Part shown: positions 8,075 through 15,773 of the stretch, piece after piece | How positions within the stretch are numbered: position 1 is the first letter of the stretch | Layout of the letters: each line of letters starts with the position of its first letter | DNA from: an archaeon | Lineage (GTDB): Archaea; SpSt-1190; DYHY01 | Assembly: GCA_037442745.1 (NCBI GenBank) | Contig: JBBIPP010000012.1 | Coordinates: 1 to 36,601 of the forward strand | DNA: 36,601 nucleotides | Direction: 5' to 3' | Notes under the pieces: model-generated | Seen by the model: only the letters and a program-made list of their open reading frames with translations | What the model was told of the DNA's origin: nothing | The model's database searches: none | Made by a program: the position numbers and the translations under genes

Positions 8075-8977
8075 ATGCAACGAAATGCAGTTCTTTTTGC
8101 CGGACAGACTGGCGGGCCTTCCGTTCCTGCGGGACTGGAAAGCTATGCGAACCTTATTGGCTCTTTTAAGGGAGCTCAGAGGGGATATCCCGGGGCTGTC
8201 GAAGGGTTTGAGCGGGAAATTGCGTCAAGCCAGAACCCAGGAGTCCGCCCGGGAAGTTTCATTTACAGAATAAAGGACGGGAAAGCGATACACAGCGGAA
8301 CAGTAATTGGTGCAATAACATATGGCAAAGGCTCCGAACGGCAAGGTGTCATAATCGGGGGCGACCGCCAGACAAGCTTGGGAGAACAGTGGGCATATGT
8401 GAACAACACGAAAAAAGTCCATCCCTATGGAAAATTCGCAGTTGCTTCGACAGGCCTAGTTTCCGCAATTGACGTAGCCCATTTCATAATAGCTGATGCC
8501 GCAAGAAGATATGCGGACGAATTCAACAGCGAATCCAAGGGCAATAATGACCGGGTTTTGATGGATGTCACACGGGCGGCAGGGCTTCTCTATTGCCTAG
8601 GGAACACGGAAATCGGGGAGGACGCCGGGCATCTTGTCGCAGGAGTGAGTAACGAGGGAGTCCCTCTTGTGTATGACATTGACGGCCCCTACATGGAGGC
8701 GCACACAAGCCACTTTATGAAGGGCTCCGGTTCGGTTTTCGCAACAGCAGTCCTTGACAATTTCGCGGCAAAGAACAAAAAAAGGACTGAGGAAGACGCA
8801 ATAAGGGGCCTTGTGGAAGCGCTCTTCGCCGGAACGAACAGGGACAATTTCTGCTCGGCCAAAAATGACGATTTCCAGCTTCTGGCTCTTACTGCCGACG
8901 GCATAACCGAGGTTCCTGAAGACACTGTTGTTGCAATAGCTTCTGAGATTAGAAAGGCGCACAAGGAGGAAAACTAA
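8075..8977 (+). CDS. divergent proteasome beta-subunit-like Ntn hydrolase with ~75-aa propeptide
   Basis: HSG|TVIGA (Thr1 codon at 8300), GVIIGGDRQTS, KKV, GSGSVFA, VEALF...RD, C-terminal TADGITEVPEDTV. Confidence 0.85.
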   Translation: MQRNAVLFAGQTGGPSVPAGLESYANLIGSFKGAQRGYPGAVEGFEREIASSQNPGVRPGSFIYRIKDGKAIHSGTVIGAITYGKGSERQGVIIGGDRQTSLGEQWAYVNNTKKVHPYGKFAVASTGLVSAIDVAHFIIADAARRYADEFNSESKGNNDRVLMDVTRAAGLLYCLGNTEIGEDAGHLVAGVSNEGVPLVYDIDGPYMEAHTSHFMKGSGSVFATAVLDNFAAKNKKRTEEDAIRGLVEALFAGTNRDNFCSAKNDDFQLLALTADGITEVPEDTVVAIASEIRKAHKEEN

Positions 8978-8978
8978 G

Positions 8979-9941
8979 ATGGATGCAGGAAAAGGGGGTC
9001 TGATAACCAAGGAAGATTTGGGAATAGACGAGATTAGAGACTCGAGCTTCTGGGTCTTGGGAGGGGCTCTGAGAACCTCGGGAAGAGGGGTTCTCGTATT
9101 TTCATATACCCACGACAACCACAACCCGGACCTTGAGAAGGTAAGAGGGGAGTTCATTAACAAAAGAGCTAGGACGAACAGCCAGATAGGGGAAGACGTG
9201 GAAGGAACGCCTTCCTGATATCTCCCCGCCGAAATAGACAAGATAAAAACCGCTCTTAACCGGGAGGAGGGAAGACTAGACAGCCTTGACCTGCCCGCGC
9301 AGTTTCCCGGAAGGCCTCCTTCCTACATAAATGTGAACACAGTTTATGACAGGTATTATCCTGGTCTGGGAAGAGTTGTGCTGAATCTTGCAACAGTTTT
9401 CGTTCCGAAAACGTACATTGACGAGAAAAGAGCGGTTGAAGCCCTTTTTGAAACAATAACTGCCCTCTCGTGGAAAAATCAGGACGCAATTCCCCTAACA
9501 AGGGAGCTCGCCCAAGCATACGAGGCAATGACAAACGATGTAGACCCTTATGAAAGGGGCTTAGGCTACGCCCTGGAGAAGGTGACTCCTTCAGCGGACG
9601 CCCTTTTCGTCGGGCAAGACGGGGAAATCTGCACAGTAAAGCACAACCAACCTTTCCATCAACATACTGCTCCGGTTGTATTGGTTGGCAGGAAGTTCGA
9701 GGTGAAAAAGCTCGCACCTAAACTGAAAGCCCGATATTGCAAGGGGTCAGTAAACGAGCTCTCCGAGAAGGACGCAGCATATGCGACAATAGACGCCCTG
9801 AAGGAGCTTTTCAGGAAGGATTTCAACTACACGGCGCTCAGAATGGCCTTTGTCCGGCCGGATGGAATTGAACGGGTGGAGCGCGTCCAGAAATACGCTT
9901 CCGCTCCAAAGGCAGGAGCAATCCTCGACGCACCTCAGTAA
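8979..9941 (+). pseudogene. divergent proteasome alpha-subunit-like gene interrupted by one in-frame TGA (9216-9218); pseudogene, split gene or readthrough
   Basis: ORFs 8979-9218 and 9333-9941 share a frame with no other stop; alpha-like segments PYE, QDGEI, VVLVG, LKARY, SEKDAAYATIDALKE, LRMAFV; starts 1 nt after the beta-like gene. Confidence 0.6.
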
Positions 9942-10919
9942 TTTCCGAGGAAAAATGAGGAGATATAACCTCTCCTCGAGTAAGACTCTTCCGAAATGCC
10001 CTTAATAGTCACTTCCAACATCTCCCCAGATATTGACCGGACAGCCTGCATTTTCACATATTCCGAATTCCCCTCGAAGAAAGTGGTTGAAAATAGGATT
10101 CGTTTTTCAGAGCCAAGATGCCCTTTCCAATTTTTCCCTCTCTTTCCTGGGTTTGCGTTCCAAGAGCTCCCGGATTTCTCCAAAATACTCAATTGCCATT
10201 GTTGACGCAAGCCAGAGGGAGGCCTCCAAAACAAGTCCTGCCAGAAAGGGCGTCCGAGATAATTGACCACAGGCTTTCAAATGACCTTGCCAATTTTCCC
10301 AAAGACAAAATCCGGACCGAACTTGTGGGATCGGCGGCAACCCCCATTGCAGAGAAATTCTTCCGGAAAAAATTCCAGTCTCAAGGGAATCCGCGGCGCT
10401 TATGTACTCTGCATTTGTCGCAAACACAGTCAATTTCATGGCGAAAGCGACAACTGCGCGCGACAGGCTGGCTTCAATGCGTCTTCTGAAAATCGTCCGC
10501 CCCACGGAAAATTACTTGAAACGTCTTTTCAGGGCTCCGAGAAGTTTCCTATTTCCATGAAAAAGACAATTGAAGAAGAGCTCACCTGCCCGGACTTTTC
10601 TGGAGGAAAACTCGGAACAGTTACTCTTGAGACTGCTGATTGAGAAGAATTTATACGGAAAAACCTTCTTTTGCTTTCAAAAGAGCTTCCGAAACTTTTC
10701 AAGAAAGAGGTATCAATAGGCTTTCTTTCCTGCCTCGACCTTGAAAAATGGAGGAATGTCTTTTTCGCCCAATCCGAAACAGCCAGAAAATTCATTTCAG
10801 AGAAAATTGGAAAACCCGTTTTCCCGGAAAATCGGGACAATGCGCCATCAAATAATGCGAAAGGAAATTTGGCACCTTCTCCCAAATTCCCCCCTCTCCC
10901 CACGTCTGCCAAAAGTTAA
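9935..10919. pseudogene. ~1 kb of fragmented reading frames, probably a decayed gene (strand uncertain)
   Basis: no full-length ORF; protein-like patches in several frames; minus frame ends at 9935 abutting the convergent gene; plus frame 10263-10919 is broken by a single TGA at 10641. Confidence 0.3.
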
Positions 10920-10946
10920 AAGCCGGGTTCGCATTCCTCTTTCCCA

Positions 10947-12152
10947 ATGCCACTGACCGAAAAGCTCTATTTGACTGACCCTTTCCTGAAAGAGTTCTCA
11001 GCGGACGCAATTGGGATGAAAATTCTTTCCGGAAAAAACTTTGCAATCCTTGACCGGACCGCTTTCCACCCGCGGGGAGGGGGCCAGCCCGGAGACCGGG
11101 GGAAAATAGGCGATTCGGCAGTCTTGGACACAATTGAGAATGATGGGGAAATACTCCACGAGGTGGATTCTCCAGTCTCCCTCGGGAAAGTCTCCTGCTC
11201 AATCGATTGGTCTTTCCGATTCCCCCTGATGCAGCTCCACACTGGAGAACACCTATTTGTCTCCCGCCTGAAACTGATAGAGCCAGAAATTTCAGTTGAA
11301 AAGGCGGACTTTTACCCGGAAAAAGGCAAGCTCTTCCTCTCTGGAGAACTCGACCTGAAAAAAGTCCTAGAGGCAGAATCCCTTGTCAATTCGGCAATCC
11401 GTTCAGCCCTTCCGGTGAAAAGCCACATTTTCCCGACCCTGCGGGAAGCAAAGGAGGCTCTGCCAGAATCAAGGATGCGAGACGAGCGCCTTCCTGAGAA
11501 AAACATAAGGATAGTTGAAATTGCTGGCGAGGATTATTCGGCCTGTTCAGGAACCCACCTGACCTCTGCAAAAGAAATCGGCTTTTTCAAAATACTCTCG
11601 TTTTCCAGACCATCTTCACAGGCAATTGTGGAATTCTCTGCCGGAGAAAACGCTCTGGAGGTCGCCCGGATTCTTGCTAACAATTCCCTTCTTCTCTCGG
11701 ACGCTCTGAAAGTGGAGCCGGAAAAGATCCTTCCGACTGCCGGAAATCAAAAACAGGAGCTTATCCACCTTCGGGAAGTCTCGAGGAAAATCTCCTCCAA
11801 ATTGGCTGAAAAGACGGAAATTGTCCCCGAAAAGATCGGAAGATTTTCTTTCTATTCCGGGGACTTTTCCGGAGTGCTTGACAAGCGGGATTTGACGGCA
11901 ATTTCCGAAAAGCTTTCCAAAAACGAGCAGGCAATTGTCCTATTGTTCGGCGGGATTGAGAGGGAATTCTTCTCAATAGTAATTGCGAAAAACCCGAACA
12001 TTCACTTCGACCTGCGGAAGTTGTCTGAGGAAGTTTTTCAGCTTGCCGGGGGAAGGGGCGGGGGAAATCCCGACTTTATTACTGGTGCGGGAAAGGACTT
12101 GGCAGGAATTTCCCCCTCGCTTTCCCGCGCAAGGGAGCTCCTTTCCAGCTAG
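10947..12152 (+). CDS. alaX: alanyl-tRNA editing protein AlaX (long form with DHHA1 domain)
   Basis: TEKLY, FHPRGGGQPGDRG, HTGEH (HxxxH), CSGTH (CxxxH), GGRGGG. Confidence 0.92.
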   Translation: MPLTEKLYLTDPFLKEFSADAIGMKILSGKNFAILDRTAFHPRGGGQPGDRGKIGDSAVLDTIENDGEILHEVDSPVSLGKVSCSIDWSFRFPLMQLHTGEHLFVSRLKLIEPEISVEKADFYPEKGKLFLSGELDLKKVLEAESLVNSAIRSALPVKSHIFPTLREAKEALPESRMRDERLPEKNIRIVEIAGEDYSACSGTHLTSAKEIGFFKILSFSRPSSQAIVEFSAGENALEVARILANNSLLLSDALKVEPEKILPTAGNQKQELIHLREVSRKISSKLAEKTEIVPEKIGRFSFYSGDFSGVLDKRDLTAISEKLSKNEQAIVLLFGGIEREFFSIVIAKNPNIHFDLRKLSEEVFQLAGGRGGGNPDFITGAGKDLAGISPSLSRARELLSS

Positions 12153-12156
12153 CCCT

Positions 12157-14745
12157 TTATTGGACTTTGGAGGAAAGGAACACCCAGAAAGGCCTCTCTT
12201 CATTGTAGAAAGTACCGTTCTCGGCATTCATTCTCTGGACAACCTCGGACGTCACCGGGATTATGAAGAAGAGCCTCCTTTTCTCAGTAGCCTTTGCGAC
12301 ATATTGGGGCTCTCCGTTTTCCCCCTCGCCCAATTCAACCTTTTCCGGAGCGAACCTCAAGGCTGCCGAGAACTCTCCCGGGCTTGCCGACACGTTCCTG
12401 CCATTTATTTTCAGCCTTCCGTTCTCAACAGTCACCGGAGAATTTGCAGTTGTCTCAAAGTCCGACCCGTCGTCAATTGAGACTGTCCCGTTCGCCGAAA
12501 CTATCGAAGCCTCCGAAATTCCGATAGTGGCAATTACCTCGCCTCCTTCAGTTGAATCCGAGACATTCTCCCCATTGACAGACACTCCCGAATCCGAGAC
12601 TTCAATTTTTGCAACTCCTGAAAGCTCCCTTGCATCAATTGCAGTCCTTTTCTCGACAAGCGCCCTTATTCTCCTGCTTATCTCTTCTCGGAGAGCAGTC
12701 ATCCGGGCAATTTCATCGGCAAGCCCGTCTCCAGTTTCTTTTCCCGGGAATTTTACGAGCTGGGCCAGATAGTAGTCCGAAATGCTTCTCGCAGCAGACG
12801 AATGGGTTTCCGAAGCCAATTCCCGGCCTGCCACGCAATTGTTGTAGGAAGAAATTTCTTTCTTGAGATCAACCAAAGATTTCTCAAGCTCCTTGAAAAG
12901 AGACTCTTCTCCAGACTTACGCGCATCGTTCATTTTCTGGACGCTTATAGAGTATTTCTCAAGAAGTTCTGCCGGGGACTTTCCGCACGGGTTGTTTGCG
13001 ATTTTCTCTCCTTGCGCTTCTCTGCATTTTGAGACAAGCTCAGAGTATTTTCCAGACAGGCCGGAGAGCTCGCCATCAAAGGAAGTTCTGTTCTTCCCCG
13101 CGAATTTTTCGGAAAACTCGCTTTCCGTAAGACCTAGAATTTTTTTAATATAGAGTATTCTCTGCTCGAGTTCCTTTGCCTCCCAGCAAGGACCATTCAC
13201 AGAAACAGGCGACAATGTGGTGTTCCTTTTCTCAACGCAATTATACATTGCCTTGTTATATGCCTTGTCCGCATCCTCGAACTTTTCCCTGACATCTTCC
13301 CTTGCCAGTCCTTTTTGGGAGAGCTCGTCGTCAGAGAGGAGGAGAAGCCCTTTCAGGTAGATCACTCTCTCGCCAAGACCTTTAGCCTCACCGCAGGGTG
13401 CTTCTGTCGCCGTAGCTATCTTCGTTACGTTCCCTCTCATAATCATAGGAATAGGCTTGTTCGGAACCCCTTTTGGATCTTCCGTCAGGGAACAGTATCT
13501 CTTTGCGACCTTCAGCTTGTATTCAACCGACTCGAATCTTTTCACTGCCTCGTTTCTGTCAAGACCGAGCGCTTTCAAATCCTCGTCCTTTGAGGAGAGC
13601 AGGCTTCTTGCCTTTGAATACTCCTCGTTTATTCTTGAAAGTTCTTCGCATGAAGTTTCGCGCTTTTCAGAAAGCCCGCCAAGTTTTTCCTTGACGCACG
13701 ATAGGTAGCTTTCAACCCCCTCAGAAATCCGGTCAGCGATAGCGCCAGCCCTTTCTGTATCGTTCGCCTTGAAAGCTTCCAAATAATCCTTTTTCAGCAC
13801 CGCGTTTGTCTTCAAGAAATCCCTGCACTGGAAAACCTTGCCTGCAATTGTCTCCTCATATAGATAAATTCCCATGCAGGCCAAGAAATAGTTCTTCTCC
13901 TCTGAAAGAAGGGATGAATTCATCCGATCCGCCATTGAGAAATTCCCCTCAAGTACGTATTTCCAGTATTGGCTGTGCGTCTCTGTTAGTGCGCTTTTCA
14001 GGTCGTTGCACACGCCCGCGCTCTCTATTGGCTTCACCTGCGCCGGAGCAGTCCGGCTTGGAGACGGTCGTGTCTCTCCCCCAAGGCACGCTTCAAGGCT
14101 CTGCTCAAGTTTGGCAATCGCCCCCTTGATGCTTGCCATTTTTTCGGTGTTTTTCAGGCGATATGCGTTCTGGTAGTCGCCGTATGCGGAAGTAATTTCT
14201 CTCATTATTGTTTCGCAGTTGTTTATGAGTTGGGGCTGTTTGCTCGTTGTAGTGCCCTCTGTTGGACATTGCGCGAACTCGCAATTGGGGCCGACCCTTC
14301 CAACAGCTGAGCCGTCCGGGCAAATCTTGACATCCATTGTGCATGCCACCTGTCTTACTGCTGTTTCCGAGAAATCCGCGTTAGCGACAGGCTCAATTGG
14401 TACCGGAAACCCAATGCATCTGTTGTATTTCCACAAGTTGTCTGAGAGATATTTCTTGATGCTCTTTACTGCTTGGAGGTTGTTTTCGATCTGCGCCAGG
14501 GAAAATCTGGACTTTGCCGAATTGTAATAGGAGATTATTGTCGTGCAGTTGACGCCGTCGATCTGGATTGGCCGGTTAGTAGAAGGATGGATTGTCGTAA
14601 CTCCCCCAGATCTTGAATTTACAGACACCGAAGTCGTTCCCGAGGAACCGTCGTCCGCAATTGGCGAAAATGCTGGCATGAGAAAAATTACCGAAACAAT
14701 AACCAACAGAGTTGCTAGGTAAAACCCCCCCTTTTTGCACTTCAT
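12157..14745 (-). CDS. large secreted/surface protein with Cys-bounded helical repeats (862 aa)
   Basis: N-terminal signal peptide, CTMDVKICPDGSAVGRVGPNCEFAQCP module, seven C...C helical units, C-terminal RLFFIIPV...AENG...RPFW domain. Confidence 0.85.
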   Translation of the reverse strand: MKCKKGGFYLATLLVIVSVIFLMPAFSPIADDGSSGTTSVSVNSRSGGVTTIHPSTNRPIQIDGVNCTTIISYYNSAKSRFSLAQIENNLQAVKSIKKYLSDNLWKYNRCIGFPVPIEPVANADFSETAVRQVACTMDVKICPDGSAVGRVGPNCEFAQCPTEGTTTSKQPQLINNCETIMREITSAYGDYQNAYRLKNTEKMASIKGAIAKLEQSLEACLGGETRPSPSRTAPAQVKPIESAGVCNDLKSALTETHSQYWKYVLEGNFSMADRMNSSLLSEEKNYFLACMGIYLYEETIAGKVFQCRDFLKTNAVLKKDYLEAFKANDTERAGAIADRISEGVESYLSCVKEKLGGLSEKRETSCEELSRINEEYSKARSLLSSKDEDLKALGLDRNEAVKRFESVEYKLKVAKRYCSLTEDPKGVPNKPIPMIMRGNVTKIATATEAPCGEAKGLGERVIYLKGLLLLSDDELSQKGLAREDVREKFEDADKAYNKAMYNCVEKRNTTLSPVSVNGPCWEAKELEQRILYIKKILGLTESEFSEKFAGKNRTSFDGELSGLSGKYSELVSKCREAQGEKIANNPCGKSPAELLEKYSISVQKMNDARKSGEESLFKELEKSLVDLKKEISSYNNCVAGRELASETHSSAARSISDYYLAQLVKFPGKETGDGLADEIARMTALREEISRRIRALVEKRTAIDARELSGVAKIEVSDSGVSVNGENVSDSTEGGEVIATIGISEASIVSANGTVSIDDGSDFETTANSPVTVENGRLKINGRNVSASPGEFSAALRFAPEKVELGEGENGEPQYVAKATEKRRLFFIIPVTSEVVQRMNAENGTFYNEERPFWVFLSSKVQ

Positions 14746-14780
14746 AACTGGAAAATAGGCAATTTGCTAATAAAACTTTC

Positions 14781-14948
14781 TCAGGCGAGGGCTTCTACCT
14801 CAAGAAACCCGGAAGAATCCTCAATAACAATGAGAGTGTCCTTGCAATGAGGGCACTCTATTCTCTCGCCCTTTTTCCTCAAGGACAAATCAACAGCATC
14901 CCCGCAGACCGGGCAGTCCGCCCAGGCAGGCTTTTCCTTTGTCGCCAT
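14781..14948 (-). CDS. LysW-like zinc-ribbon protein (55 aa)
   Basis: CPVCG...GERIECPHCKDTLIV; TATA-like cttataaa upstream of ATG 14948; lacks the C-terminal EDWGE. Confidence 0.7.
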   Translation of the reverse strand: MATKEKPAWADCPVCGDAVDLSLRKKGERIECPHCKDTLIVIEDSSGFLEVEALA

Positions 14949-15084
14949 TTCCCGTTCCACTGGAGAAGTAGTTATCAGTGCTTCTTTATAAGCCTCAGGT
15001 AGGGCTTTGCAACCGCACATAAAATCTTCTCCTGTGGAAAAGAAAGTTCTTTTTATAAACAACAGACTAGATTCAAAATCCAAA

Positions 15085-15171
15085 GCCGAGATAGCGAAAT
15101 CCGGTCAACGCGCCAGCCTTGAGAGCTGGTTTCCCTCCGGGGATGTATGGGTTCAAATCCCATTCTCGGCG
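15085..15171 (+). tRNA. tRNA-Ser(TGA)
   Basis: acceptor GCCGAGA/TCTCGGC, anticodon arm CCAGC-CTTGAGA-GCTGG, long variable arm, T arm ATGGG-TTCAAAT-CCCAT, discriminator G; no encoded CCA. Confidence 0.95.
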
Positions 15172-15305
15172 CTCCCAAACCAATTTTCTTTCGCTAAAGA
15201 AAAAACCCTTGAGGGGAAAGGAAAGAAGACGCAAAAAGAAAAGGTTCCGGAGCCGAAGGCGACGCCCCGAGGTAGGAGGGGAAATCCCATTCTCGGCGCT
15301 CCCAA
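15155..15305 (+). repeat. 24-bp direct repeat of the tRNA-Ser 3' end (attL/attR-like)
   Basis: AAATCCCATTCTCGGCGCTCCCAA at 15155-15178 and 15282-15305. Confidence 0.9.
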
Positions 15306-15403
15306 GCCCCTTTTTTTCTCCTTATTTTTCCCTAGCCAAATGTATTAAAAACCATGCATTGCCCCCAACTCTCCGCGCAGGCAACCGGATTTCTGTGCAA
15401 TAC

Positions 15404-15475
15404 GGGCTGGTAGTTCAGTGGTAGAATGCGGCGTTCGCAACGCTGAGGTCACGGGTTCGACTCCCGTCCAGTCCA
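15404..15475 (+). tRNA. tRNA-Ala(CGC)
   Basis: GGGCTGG/CCAGTCC acceptor with G3:U70, anticodon loop TTCGCAA, T loop TTCGACT, discriminator A. Confidence 0.95.
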
Positions 15476-15773
15476 CAACAACCCCCGTTTCTTTTGAGAA
15501 AACCAAGGCTTTGTCCGATGCTCCGCGGAGCAAAAATCCGTTGATTGGCGTAAGAAAATCTGCGCGTCCTTTTCGGACGCACGAATAGTCACTTGTTACG
15601 AGAATCAGAGGAATGTTGAGCGAGCTAAAGCGAACGAAATCTGTGCCGGAGAACATGGACTCTTGTTAGGTCATTTGCAAGCCGTCAGCAAAATAAGTTG
15701 TTTTTCCCGGGACAAAATTCGCCATTATCCACCGAACCCTTAAAAACCTCTTTTCAGGGAGTTCTCCAATCGC

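Noticed and set aside
9216-10643. Genome-wide TGA reassignment (code 4/25) suggested by in-frame TGAs
   Set aside because: TGA ends clear genes (beta-CASP nuclease 7979, helicase 28049, permease 29799), Trp is encoded by TGG, and other broken frames use TAA and TAG
15085-15171. tRNA as a UGA suppressor or tRNA-Sec
   Set aside because: The anticodon is TGA (reads UCA, Ser), not TCA; normal 7-bp acceptor stem
15007-15656. ORFs 15007-15348, 15119-15424 and 15345-15656
   Set aside because: They overlap the tRNA genes and have no recognisable motifs
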